In this document: piece by piece, positions 1 to 15,555 of the stretch | How positions within the stretch are numbered: the first letter of the stretch is position 1 | Layout: every line of letters starts with the position of its first letter | Source of the DNA: the human T2T-CHM13v2.0 reference genome, Homo sapiens | Reading direction: 5' to 3' (one strand) | Assembly (NCBI RefSeq): GCF_009914755.1 | Contig: NC_060932.1 | DNA length: 64,000 nucleotides | Translations under genes and position numbers: made by a program | The notes under the pieces: model-generated | Databases searched by the model: none | Seen by the model: only the letters and a program-made list of their open reading frames with translations | What the model was told of the DNA's origin: nothing

Positions 1-1564
1 AAGAAGAGCTATAATATGAATAGCTAAATGTCTGTTTTAGAATGAACAAATAAATAAAGAGTGAGAATAAGGGCAAATAAATGTTAACAGTTCTCAAGCC
101 TGTACTTACATCCTTTTCTTCCCATGATGTTATCCCTTGTATTAAATCATTCACAGATAATTTAATAATTTCTCTGAATTAAAATATATCTTTGACACTT
201 TACTCAAATGCCAAGAAATTCCAAAAAATTTAGGGGAAAAACCATGTACTTAATGTGTAACAAATAAAGGCATCCTAGAAAATGTTTTCAAAATATTTCA
301 TGGCATATAAGTATTTTGGGGTATTTTGTTAAGTATAGATTTATAATACATCTATTATATTTACATTCTTGACTATAAATACTAAATATCTATAACACTT
401 TACAGTAGGCTTTTATTTTCTTTCTAAATAATTTCTCAAAATAGTGCAATCTATTAGGTTTTCCTTTTTACAGCTGTTAAAATGTACTTGTACATTTTAT
501 TCATATTGATGTTACTGCCAAAAAGAAATGAAAACCTGCATATAATCTATGCTCAAAGTTGTGTCAAATTGAAAGATCAGGAAAATTTACATGAATGGTA
601 CCTTATGAAAATTATTGGCCTCTATAATGAATTTTCCTAAGCTTGTCTGTTTGAAGAAATACTCCTTAAAATCCTCTTTTTAAAATTTTTTTGAAAGTAT
701 ACTTTTATTTGGAAATATATTTTTTTCTTTCTGAAAGCATCTCATTTTTATTCTTTGCTGTGTTTCAATGAATTACACGACTTCAGAAAAAGGATATGGA
801 ATTTATCACTATCTACATTTGTTTGTATTTAGAACTGTCAGAAGTGTCCTATTTTTGAAATCCTGGTAATTGCGTTTGTTTTTCAAACTTTTCTAGTAAA
901 TCCCACACCAAAGAAAAGAAAAAGAAAATTGAAATTCAGATCTAAAGGTATTAGTTAGTAAAGTAAGAGAATGTCAAATGGATGAATACAAATATATATA
1001 TATATACATTTATACACACACATATATATGTCTATATAAAACAATGCATGAATAAATAATCATGGGAAAGTATATTAATTGAATGAATGCATTTTAAATG
1101 TGATTTTAATAGTTGCCTGATAGTTATTATAAATGTTTTTATTTTTACAAATATATACTTTCCTATTTGCTTATCTCTTATTAATTCGCATTTTTTAAAT
1201 TAGTCTTCTTGGGATACTAGACATGAATTTATATGACGTAGAATAACAATTATGTATTCTTTCAATTCAATTTTTTTATAACCTGCTACATTTTCAGGCC
1301 AATATTAACATATTATTTACATCCTAACGTACTTTCTTATACTTTAACACTTTTGAAATATAGGTGAAATCTTATAGTTGTTATATACATTTAATGTGAT
1401 TGTGGTTTTAACAAAAACCTATTCAATTTGAAAGCTTTAATTAAAATTTGTAGTATCATAGACTGTGAGCAGTATGATAATTATAGCAGTAACAGTAAAA
1501 TTTTTTCTTTCCTATTTTTACTGCAATACCTCTGATAGTTCTATATTTAAGTATAGTAATACTA

Positions 1565-1805
1565 AAAGCTTGCATTTATAGATAACTTAATATGTAGCAA
1601 GGATTATCCTAAGAGCATTATATTTATTAACTTATTTAATCCTGGAGAAAACCCTTAGAGGAGGTACTGTTTTTATGAACATATTTCTGATGAAGGAACT
1701 GCAATATGGTAATTTGCTAAGGCTTACCCAACTGGTCCATGGTAGAACGTGAGAAGGAAAGGATCAGTGTCTATCTTCAGAGACCAAGCTTAATCCTTTG
1801 CTATC
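1565..1805 (-). mobile_element. MIR SINE, degraded
   Basis: Reverse-complement MIR core-like text (tttaatcctggagaaaaccct...tttctgatgaaggaactg...gtaatttgctaagg). Boundaries approximate. Confidence 0.6.
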
Positions 1806-4175
1806 CAAACGTCTTAGTATAGCAGTTAGCTGACCGTTTTAACAGCTAATAGTGATCATTATTCTGTTAAACTTACAATGCTTCATATCTAATTTTTAAA
1901 TGAAATTTTTTTAATGAGGAAAGGGCTTTAGCTTTTATTGAATCAATTCCAAGTGCTGAAATAATCATATAAATGTTATTTGTCATACAAATATATTTTG
2001 CCTATTTCTCTTTTATAAACTGAATAAACTATCTTATAAGATTTAAAAAACCTCATTTTAGATAGAAATATAGAAATATGCTTAATATAAAGCTTTTAAA
2101 AGCTGGGGTGTTTTATTGACAATATGAATACTTTTTGTTATTATTTATGGTGTGTTTTTACCTTCATTAATTTTTTTCTAATTTTCTTTAGATTAATATT
2201 TATTACTTTTCTTTCATTATGTTATAATTTGTTTGGTTGTAGCATATTATTCTGTTAGTATATTGGGTTTCTTGCTATCTCTAGCAAAGTGAATTGTATT
2301 TACAATTATTCGTTCCAGTATAATCAGCAATTATCCCTGGACCAATCTGTTCCGCCAGGGAGAGTGTGAACTGGTTTACATGTTTGTTTTTCCTTTTTAC
2401 ATTGAAAAATACAAAGCAAGTTTATAAAATATAAATCAAATGAGGTAATTCTGCATTTTGAAGTGTTGTACAACTTTATCTAGAAAGATGATATTTCCAT
2501 TTATTTAGTAAAGTTTTATTTCTTTATTTTAATAAAAGGCTCACATTTTATTTTCTATTGTGCTTATGTGTTTATTTCAGATACATTTTCTAGCTAACTC
2601 AGTTGGCATAGAAAAGCTATTGACTTCTGTATTTTTCCTTTAACTGATCTTACCACATTCTATTCACAATTATAATAACTGGTCTTCAGATGTGGATGGG
2701 AGAAGCTTTCTATATCATACTACCTGTAAATAATGAGTTAGTTTCGCCTGTTGCATTTCTCATAACGATTGTTTCTTATTATTTGTTTAACTGCAGTGGC
2801 TAGAACTCCTAGCTCAATGTTGGATAATGTGGTGGAAGTGGACATTATAATTTCCTTCACAATTTTAAAAAAAAGCATACTCACCTATCATTATGGAGTA
2901 TACTTTTTGTTTAATGCGTTGATTCATGCTTGGTAAATGATCTTCTCTTCCTAAGTTTTTTTTTATTATAAATATATACTACTTATTTTTACTTTTTGTG
3001 TACCTATTAATGTGTTCACATAGCTTTTATTGTTTACTCTTTTAAAATGACATATTGCATTAAAATGTTTTCTAATATTAAACAAGCCATAAATTCCTTC
3101 ACTAAGTAAATTTTGGTTACTACATATTCTGGTTTTGTTTAGTTTTGCTTTTGATAAATACCTGAGCCTCTTATACCTACTGTATTGTTCAGGAATTTGG
3201 CAACTATACTTATCATTGAGATTTGTTGGTCATTTAATTTTTTTTCCTGACACCTGATTTTAATATGGAACTTAAATCTAGTCTCAGATAAGAAGGCAGA
3301 TACTCCCTGTGTTCTATTCCCTGGAGGAGTTTGTAAAAGTAGGAAATACCTGTGATATAAATTCTTAGAATAACTCACCTACAAAATTATCTGAACTTAA
3401 TGTTTTGAGGGAATATTTTGAACTCCTAATTTAATTGTTATATACTTCTCCTTATTTCTATTTCTCCTTGAGATGGCTTTGAAATTTACTTTTTCTAATA
3501 AAGAATCCATTACATCTAAACTTTGAAGTTTATTGGCATAAAATTATTTACACTTTTAGTCTATATTTAGTTTCTCATACTTGCATTGTTTTTTGTCTTT
3601 TTCCCCTTGTATAGAATTGACTTTTGAACAGTATGGGGGTTAGGATTGCCCACAAACCACACAACTGAAAATTTGTACGTAAGTTTTGACTTCCCAGAAA
3701 CTTAACTAACAGCCTACAGTTGACCAGAAGGCTTACTGATAATATAAACAGTCGATTAGCACAGATTTTGTATATGTTATATACTATATTCTTACAATAA
3801 AGTAAGGTAAAGTTATTAAGAAAATCATAAGGAAGAGAAATATATTCACTTTTTTAATATATATCTTTTGTCTGTTTTATCACTGGGTCATTATAAAGGT
3901 CTTCAAGCTTGTCATAGAATAGACTGAGGAGGAGGAAAAGGAAGGGTTGGTCTTGCTGTCTCAGGGGTGCCAGAGGCAGAAAAGGTAAAGGAGATGGAAA
4001 GGGAGGCAGGGGAGGAAGGCCTGTACAGAGCTTTTGGAAAATACATTGTAATTTCTGCTCATTTTTTGCTTTTTCATTACCCTTACAATGATTCTGTTTG
4101 GTACCAATCCTTCTTCCACCATATGCTTTAGTTTCAGTGCCTGTTGTCATAGAAGGGTCATGCCATGAAAAGAAG

Positions 4176-4508
4176 TCAAAAGCAGATCTGTGACAGATTT
4201 TCTGATGTCAGCTTGTTTTTTGGCTCTGATTCATCTACGTTTTCTTCATTATCTGGCTCTGGTTCAGAAGCACTCAGCTCTATCAAGTCATCTTCTGTTA
4301 ACTCTTCTTGTGTGGTGTACAATAAGTCTTGGATTTCTCTAAGATCCATATCTTGAAAGATTTCACCTCCTATATTTTTTGCTGTATTCACAATCCCTTT
4401 CATGATTTTCTTGTCTGGCCCTGTCATAAATCCTATGAAGTCATGCAGGACACCTGTACACAGTTTTCTGCAGCAGAAATTTATTGTTTCAGGCTTGATT
4501 TCTTCCAC
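4176..4508 (-). pseudogene. Tigger2 transposase C-terminal remnant (pogo/CENP-B family)
   Basis: ORF IKPETINFCCRKLC...FQDMDLREIQDLLYTTQEELTEDDLIELSASEP is typical of the Tigger transposase acidic tail. The rest of the frame is broken. Confidence 0.8.
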
Positions 4509-4899
4509 AGCATTTTCTATAACAATAACATCTTCATTGGTGTAATCCTTCTAGACTCACATGATGTTCTTTCTATTGGGGTTTTTTCCACAGCAATGTC
4601 AATCCTTTCCATAGAGTACATAATGAGGCTTGAAAGTCCTTATGACCCCCAATCTAGAGGTTGAAATGAAGTCGTATTTAGGGAAAGGTAGACCCCTTTG
4701 ACACCTTCAACATTGAACTCATGAGGTTCTGAATAGCTGGGGGCCTTGTCCAATATTGAAAGAACTTTAAAAGCCGGTTTCTTACTGGCAAGATACTTCC
4801 TAACTTCAGAGACAAAGCATCAGTGAAACTGACCCAGTATATATGCCCTCATTACCCTGGCCTACTTGTTATACAACCAAATGACTGACTAGGAGCTGC

Positions 4900-5282
4900 T
4901 ATTTTTCATTTTTTTCCTCCAAATGCAAAATTACCTGCTGGATTTTGTTCAATTGTTGAGGATACATAGTAGGTGTATATATTTATGGGGTACATGAAAT
5001 GTTTTCATGCAGGTGTGCAATGTGAAATAAAACACATCATGGAGAATGGACATCCATCTCTTCAAGCATCTATTTATCCATTGAGTTGCAAAGAATTCAC
5101 CTATACTCTTTAAGTTATTTCAAAATGTACAGTTAAATCATTATTGACTATAATCACCCTGTTGTGCTATGAAATAGCAGGTCTTATTCATTCATTCTAT
5201 TTTTATTGTACTCATTAACTATCTCCACCACCCCCACCCCCTAGTTCCCCACTACCCTTCTCAGTCTCTGGTAACCATTTTT
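4900..5282 (-). mobile_element. 5'-truncated L1MA (L1MA1-3-like) 3' UTR inserted in Tigger2
   Basis: tacatagtaggtgtatatatttatggggtacatg...tcaccctgttgtgctat...actacccttctcagtctctggtaacca. Tigger2 sequence resumes on both sides. Confidence 0.8.
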
Positions 5283-7029
5283 TTGGCATTTATCTTTCTA
5301 ATTCAAGGCTCTGGAGTTACCAGAATTAGACGTAAGGGTAGTTCTAATCATAAGCCTGACTGCACTTGCACAAAAGAGTAGAGATAGCCTTTCCCTTCCT
5401 ATACTTTCCTGCCTTAAATTTTGGTGCTTACTTCTCTTACTTACTAATAAATGTCCTTTGGAGCTCCACCACAGGCCCCAGATTAGGGCACTTTTGTCTT
5501 TATTAAAAACCTGTTCAGGCAGATATTCTTTCTTCTCAATTATTTTTTTTAAATGGCATCTGAAAAATTGTCTGCTGCTTCTTGGTCAACAGAAGCTGCT
5601 TCTACTGTTATCTTGACATTTTTTAAGCCAAACCACTTTTTTAAATGATCAAACTATCCTTCGCTGGCATTACATTATCCAGCTTTAGATCCTTCTTCTT
5701 CCTTTAGTTTTAAGTTTTAATATAATGACTTCACTTTTTATCAAATTATATTATTCTGTAAGTATGCCTTTCTTATACAAATCTTGCATCCACATAAATT
5801 TGCAGTTTTAATACTAGATAAAAAGGTAATTTGTAAAAAGTGTGAATTTTTTTATGCTTGCTGGCATAGCTTCAGTGAAAGCTTAATAAATTTCTTATTC
5901 ATTTTTTACAGTGGTTTTTACACTGGATTTATTTATCTTAAAATAGCAGCAACTGCAGCAGCAGACCTCAATCTGTGGTACATATCAAATAACTCAACTT
6001 TTTCTTATAATGTTATGACGTTTCTCTGCTTCTTGGGAGAACTTCCAGCATGACTGGTAGCGTTTTGTATAGGTCCCATGATACTATTCAATGTTTATGG
6101 TATTGCACTAAACAAGATGAAAAATACACAAGGACCACAAAAGACCACCTTTTACCGCAATTGGCAATTTACTGTAGAGACAAACTCCTTATGCAGAGAT
6201 AATTAGTATCACAGAGTATTTAAGTAGATACTGGCAACACTTGAGCTGACCACAATAGCAACAAGCGATGGCTAAAAAACTATAGCAGTAGTACCAAACA
6301 TATTATGCAGTTTATGAAATAATACTCCATTGTTATATTTGTTTACAATTCTGTGGGCTTCAAATGGTGTCATGTACTATTTGTGAGTGCTTGTGTGCAT
6401 GTGTTAATAAATATTAACTTTTTATAATAGATTGATGTATATTTTATGGTAGTCATCTTATAATAGACTAGTATTGTCTACATATATTTCATGCACTAGT
6501 AACATAACTTTCTTAATTTTTTATATTTCTAGGCTACACAGTTCATTCACAAGTTTTTTCAAATTGTTACAACTCTCCAAAGAATTTCTAAATATGTTGA
6601 AATAAATAAACATGAAAGTGAACCCATGCAGTTCAAACCCATTCAAGGATCAACTATAATTTATTTGTGACATTCCTCCTCTTGCTTGTTGTTTTCTGTG
6701 ATTAATTTGAGCAAGTTGTGTGTCTTTTATTAGTTGCTTCAAAGAACCAACTTTTGTAGAGTATGTCTGTTTCCAATCATATTAAAGTCTTCTCTTATGT
6801 TTATTATATCATTTATTGTATTCCCTTTTGGTTTGCCTGCTATTCTTTTTCTTCTTAAATTAAATGCATAACTCATTAATCTTTAATCTTCTTTTCTTAA
6901 TATGACTATTCAAGGTTATATTTTTCTAAGTGTAATTTTAGTGTCATTTTATGACAAGATTATATTTTTCCCTCTAAGTGCCATTTTATGACCATTGCTT
7001 ACATTTGACATGTGGTATTTTAACAATTG

Positions 7030-7585
7030 TTAACCCAGCAATCCCATTACTGGGTATATACCCAAACGATTATAAATCATTCTACTATAAAGAAACATAC
7101 ACACGTTATATTTATTGCAGCACTATTTACAATAGCAAGGACTTGGAACCAACCCAAATGCCCATCATTAATAGACTGGAAAAAGAAAATGTGGCACATA
7201 TGCACCATAGAATACTATGCAGCCATAAAAAAGAATGAACTCATGTCTTTTGCACGGACATGGATGAAGCTGGAAACCGTTATCCTCAGCAAACTAACAC
7301 AGGAACAGAAAATCAAACACTGCATGGTCTCATTCATAGTTGGGAGGTGAACAATGAGAACACGTGGACACAGGTAGGGGAACATCACACACCAGGGCCT
7401 GTTGGGGCTGGGGGTGGCAAGGGAATGGAGGGCATTAGGACAAATACCTAATGCATGTGAGGCTTAAAACTTAGATGACAGGTTCATAGGTGTGGCAAAC
7501 CACCATGGCACATGTATATTTACGTAACAAACTTGCACGTTCAGCATATGTATCTCAGAACTTAAAGTAAAAATAACAATAATAA
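7030..7585 (+). mobile_element. 5'-truncated older L1PA (approx. L1PA8-11) ORF2 end, 3' UTR and A-rich tail
   Basis: [11 protein letters not shown] and [22 protein letters not shown]2 C-terminus. The 3' UTR ggacaaatacctaatgcatgtgaggcttaaaacttagatgac is typical of older L1PA. Confidence 0.88.
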
Positions 7586-8417
7586 TAGTTTATCTTTTCG
7601 TATTTTCAAAAAATCAATGATATCAATGATATCTCTCAAACTATGAGTTATTTCATTACTTCCAAGCATACTTTCCATTACTTTTCATTATATCCAAGCA
7701 TACAAAGATATTATTGCTAGTGTAACGGCTTTGAATGGGCTCAATTTTTATGAAAAGTTGCATGTGTGAAGAAAACAAATGGGAATTCTACTAATTTTGG
7801 CCACAATGTAATTGATGCTGTCATTATAAATAGAAACAAATGTATTCATAAAATATAAAATTAATTTCTTGTTTAATTCATTATTTTTGAAGTATTTGTT
7901 AATTTTAGAGAAAAAATTCTAATGGATGTCATCATGAAATTATAGTAATTGGAAAAAAAAAACTCTCATCCTCTGTGGCACCAAACTTAATAGTGCAAAA
8001 ATTTAAAAATTGTACATAATATATAATATGAACATTTCATGACACATTCAATTAAAAATTTTCCATTGAGTTTTATTCCCTGTATTTCTTAATGCTTTTA
8101 TGATTCACTTTAGTCTGAAATGACAACGCTAGGTTAATGTAAATGATAGCTGATATGTTTAGGATGAATTAGATGCTTCTTAAAACATTTTAGCTTTGCC
8201 AAAAAATGATTTCAGCAAATATTGGTGACCATTATTTTTTAAATAACCACAATATTCTTGAAACACAAAACCAGCATCCAAAGCCAAGTCCAGCATTTGT
8301 AAAAATTATATCCTTTTTTTGTAAATTCATTTGCTCTCTTAGCACAGTTCGTATCCTCAACTGGTTGACACATATGAAATATATTGTATATTAAAACCAA
8401 ACCTTGTTAATATTTTT

Positions 8418-10799
<2,382 letters not shown>

Positions 10800-11599
10800 T
10801 AAAGACCAAAGGGGGAAGTGCAAATAATGTACTAGATCTATTATAAAAATGATTATTCCCATTTCAGTTGTTGATGAATACAGCAGTTTATTATGAAATT
10901 TGAACTATTGGATACTTAGTAAATTTAAGTTATTCTAAGAGAACCACTTTTAAGACCAATTATTGATGAGTAAGACAACAAACCATGGTCAGAAAAGTTC
11001 AGAGGAATTCCCTATCACTGCATATAAATATATTGCATTTCAAGAATATTCATTTTTAACTCTCATTTCTATAAGGACTTTATTTTATCATCAAGTTTAT
11101 AAATTAAATCAGGATAAAGAACAATAAGAAAATATTTTGGCAAGCCATGCTAATTCTTAACGTTTTATTGTATATTATAAGTACACGTTTCTTAGTAATG
11201 GAAGGTAGGAAACGAGAGATGAAGCTGGACTTCCATGGCTAGTTTTGACTTCGATAATGGACAACAATTATCAATGATGAAGGCATATCATCTTGGGCAA
11301 AGATATTATTCTTTTAATTATAGTATCTATCAAAGAAGCCAGGAAATTTACAAGGAGACATACTAGATAAAATTTGGTCTATTTTAAAAGCATGTACTCA
11401 CTTAAACTACTTCATATCATGTAAATTGAAATATATGTATATTATACATATTGAGAAAATATAGATTTTCTGGCTCTTTCTACATTCTGTGTATTCAACA
11501 AAAATGCATATACACAATTCTTCCTGTGCACTTGTGTTTGTATTAAAGTTATGCTAATTTAATATGGTAGATTTTAGTATTTTTCAAACTTCATTCTAC

Positions 11600-12450
11600 C
11601 TTTATTCTATTATTTATTCTATTCCTCTAGAAGTCAGCTTTGGTTATGTAACTTTCTTGGGCAATAAAATGTGAGTGACAATTATGAGTAGGTTTTCAAG
11701 AAGAAAATCTTGAGCGATTGTGTTTACTCTTTTTTCCAGGAGCCTCTGATATAGACAAATCCACCTGTCTTAGTTGCAGAGAGAAAACATATGCAGCTAA
11801 GCTGGAGCTGAACTGGGCCTCAATGGATATACAACAAACCAGTAACACCTAGGCATCATCCATTTTTTCCTCTTTCAATAGGTATATTTATTGTAGTTTT
11901 CTGTTCCAAAATTGTAAAGTGCATGTTTGAGAGATATAGTGTGTCATTTAATTCAGAAATGTCTAGATTAAAACAATTCATATTGTAAACCAATGTAGAG
12001 ATCATGAGAGCCTAGACTTTAAGCCTAGTGCTGTGATGGATAAAATTTTTAATTTAACTCTATTTGGAAGAAAGTGAGAATATTTAATATGAAGAAAGTA
12101 AGAGAATATATGTGACAGCAGGAATAAATTGTGGAAGAATTATTGTTCAAATAATTCACTGCTGTAACATTACTTATGATAGATCATGAACTTGCTTTTA
12201 TCATTGAAATGAGAACAAGTAACACACATCATCTCTGAACAGCTTAAATATCCATTAGTTAGTACCACCATTCTTTCTTTTACTTCTATCCCACTTAGAG
12301 ACTGCTCAGTCAGCTAAGGACCTAGAAAGAAGACACCTGTAGCAGTACTACAGGGGGTAGCATGGGATCAGTATGTAACATGGGTGAAAACAAAATATTT
12401 GTTTCTGTAAGCCATTAAGATTCTGAGGTTATTTATTAGTTGCAGCATAT
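11600..12450 (+). mobile_element. Old MaLR (MLT1-type) LTR fragments
   Basis: tatgtaactttcttgggcaataaaatgtgagtg, and the 3' end tttgtttctgtaagccattaagattctgaggttatttattagttgcagca. Probably two pieces. Confidence 0.5.
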
Positions 12451-13199
12451 TTTAAGTGGAAATTAATTGTAAATGTAAGCAGTAACAAAAACTCAGTATT
12501 CTGAGAAGGAATTACCTTTTCCACCAGGAAGTTGGGAACTCAGCCTTAGGAAGTACATAGATGAGAATATTAGGGTGCCTTTATCACTTCCCTTTCAAAT
12601 TTACTTTAATCTCTCTCATCTTTGATGATCATGGGACCATGGCTATAAGAATAATTTTGATGAGAAATATTCAGATGAGCATTATTCTCTATCATCTTCC
12701 AAATCTTTTTAATTATTATTATTTCATCTTTTTGAATCTGATTTGAACTGTGCCTACATACTCTCAAGCTAACATCTTTACTGAGCAAAATTTGGCTAGA
12801 TACCTGATTCATGCATCTCATAAAATAGATGATTAGCATGAAATTTACAGAAACCGAAAAAATGAATTCCTAGATAATTAGCAGGTAGCTTTTTTAGTGG
12901 ATACCTAAAAATATATCTTTGCATAATGTTTGGTTTTGCTTGTCTAAAATATAATCCATTGGTATATGATAAAGGTCATGGTTCTTAGATGGACATTGTT
13001 AGGACATTTTCATCAACTAACACATATTAAGCTTCTAAAGATCAATAATGTATACATGTTAGTGTTATTTATCCTAGTACATGATGACAGGGTATGCATT
13101 AAAACATTTTTTACATCAAAAGCTAGTGCTTTACTATAGTACTCTAAATGTATAGATTATTCCACAATGAGAAAATTGGGAAAATATATTCTATAAAGA

Positions 13200-14400
13200 T
13201 TTTTTATTCATCTCATCAAAAATATATTGTGAGAAGCTAATATGTGTAGGACACACAGACACTGAGAATTTGAAGAGGCATAGGATACATTTTGTTCTTA
13301 AGAAATCCTTAACATCTAATGGGTAAGATAAATAATTTTTAAGGGAAAAAAAGTTTCAGCCTAACATATAGAACAAGTTTAGTAATTGGTATTGCTAGTA
13401 AGTTCCATAGGTTTCAAAATAGTAAGTGATGTCCAAATATTTGCAGAGAAAGTGAAGATTTTATTGAGGAGATGGGTTATGTGAAGGTTGAGTAAGATAT
13501 AGGCAAGTGGAGTAAAGAGATAACAGCTTTATTGAAAGAATAAATCTTGCAGATAACATGCCCATCACATTTTTGGAGACACTGAAGACCCACTTTTGCT
13601 GAGACAGATAATTTTTGAGTGGGAAAAATGAAAGATACAAGAGCCGTTGAAGGCTTTTATAAAGGGGATAGTATCAAAAGAGTAAGCAGGTTATATAAAA
13701 GAGTTGAGAGCCTTTATTTTTAAGTTATTACAGAGGAAGAGTCTACACTGTTTGGTGACAAGAAGCATGGTAACTGATGAAGGTATGCTCAATGATCATC
13801 CCAGAGTGCCATTGTTTATGAATATTGCTAAAATAGGTAGATAATACAATTATTTTAGGAGGACCAGCAGCTTGATGAAGTAGGACAAGTGGAGGAAGAA
13901 CAGTTAAGAGTTCATGACAGGTTGAGTTTGAAATACTGGTGAGTTATTCAATTTGAGGGGCACAATATAGTGTTATATATAAAAGAATAACTTTGGATAA
14001 GTTGTTTGGATGAGACTTTAAATATAGATTTTGGATTTGTTATGTAAAGTCATATTTTTAGATGTAAAGACCCATGAACTGTATGAAAAGTGAGTCCTGG
14101 AGACCTAATATAAAGACAAACAGAGATCTATAAAGGAGACTAAAAAAGAAACTGAAATGTGTAAGAGGAATGAGTAGAAAATAGTGTCACAGAGTGTAGG
14201 TAATAAGGTAATAAACAATTTCCAAGAGTGAGTCATCAAAACTGACTATACCTTCTAACATCTTACAGAAGGCAGGGGTAAAGAAAGAAAGATAAAGACC
14301 ATTGAGTTATGAGGTACTTAGAAAATCAGTAACAGATAAAAATGATGAGTAAGCTGTAGTCAGGAGGAGTGGATCAAATAAACTGAGTATGAAGCTCATT
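13200..14400 (-). mobile_element. L2 LINE 3' portion, degraded
   Basis: Starts with the reverse complement of the L2 terminus (ttattcatctcatcaaaaatatattgtgagaagctaatatgtgtaggacac) followed by the purine-rich L2 body. Confidence 0.65.
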
Positions 14401-15555
14401 AGATTTTAAGAATTACAAAATGGTTAGACTGTCAGTTATTCCCTATGGTGGCTGCTATCTGGTTACCATTAAAAAATAATTGCTAGAGAGTAGAGCTTAG
14501 CTACTTTAATAAATTTTATAACTTCAGGGTGCACATATACAAGTATGTATTTAAACTTGTTTCTGTTTATTAAAATTATCTATGGATTTATTTTTAATCA
14601 AATAAGATTGTTAAAAATCAAACATAACATTTTCTTCCCTCATCCCTTCACACATTCAATTCTTTAACTATTTCTCCTGGGAGTTATGCCCATATTATAA
14701 ATTAATATATTAATGTTGCTACTTCTGCCTTTATAAACTTCATGAAGTTGGGTTTTTTGTTATGATTTATTCAGCCAAGCCCACTTTATCTTTTACTATC
14801 AGCATAATTACAACACCAAATTTATATGCTTTATTAGTTAGTTTTGGAAAATGTAAATAATATTGCTCATATTTTTATTTCTTAATCTACAGAATATATA
14901 GTATTCTTGGCTCTAAACATTACCATATTAAGATATGGGTTTTATTATCCTTCTGATTGTCTTTTTTGTTTATCATTTTGTCCTTCAACTTGCCACATGT
15001 ACATTTATATGGTCAAGGGTGATTCCTTTCAATTAGTAAAATTAGATCCACTTCTCTGGCTTTAAATTGATTTTAAAATTCTGAATGAATTCATTAATCA
15101 TGTTAATATGAGTATATAAAACATTAATTATTGGTACATTGAGAATTATACTTTTATGATTTAGTGTTAGACAGTTTTGTCTTTCTTACAGTTACTAATT
15201 TCCTTTGAGAAATATTTAATCTGTTTGCATTTTTAGTTTTTTATTTCTGTTTATTTCTTTATAATTTCTCTGAAAGTAACATGCTAAGGTAGGATGCATG
15301 ATAAACAACGATTATAATTGTTTAAATGCCTAAAAATGATTTCTTCTATCTTGACATTTGATAATTTCACTGGTCATAGAATTATCAGTAGAAGAATAAA
15401 CAAATTTGAAGGCATGTTTTTACGGTTCTTTTATTTGTTTTTTCATGAGCTGGGTCAGATGGGCCACATAATTTTATTTTTATATTCAAGTCATTTTACA
15501 TAGCAGAAATAAAAATAAAGAGGCAGTGACATTTCATTAGAAAGTTTTGGTTTTG

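Larger units (their letters stand above)
3614..6656 (-). mobile_element. Tigger2 (Tc1/mariner-pogo) DNA transposon, near full length
   Basis: Degenerate TIRs gaattgacttttgaaca (3614) and ttcaaggatcaacta (to 6656) match CAGTTGACCCTTGAACA. TA TSDs at 3612-3613 and 6657-6658. Length is about 2.7 kb after removing the internal L1MA piece. Confidence 0.88.
2420..7810 (-). mobile_element. Ancient L1 (L1M/L1ME-type) ORF2 fragments interrupted by Tigger2 and an L1PA 3' end
   Basis: Antisense L1 ORF2-like text on both sides of Tigger2 (gaaaagctattgacttctgtat; ggctagaactcctagctcaatgttggata; ttcaaagaaccaacttttg). Highly diverged. Confidence 0.55.
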
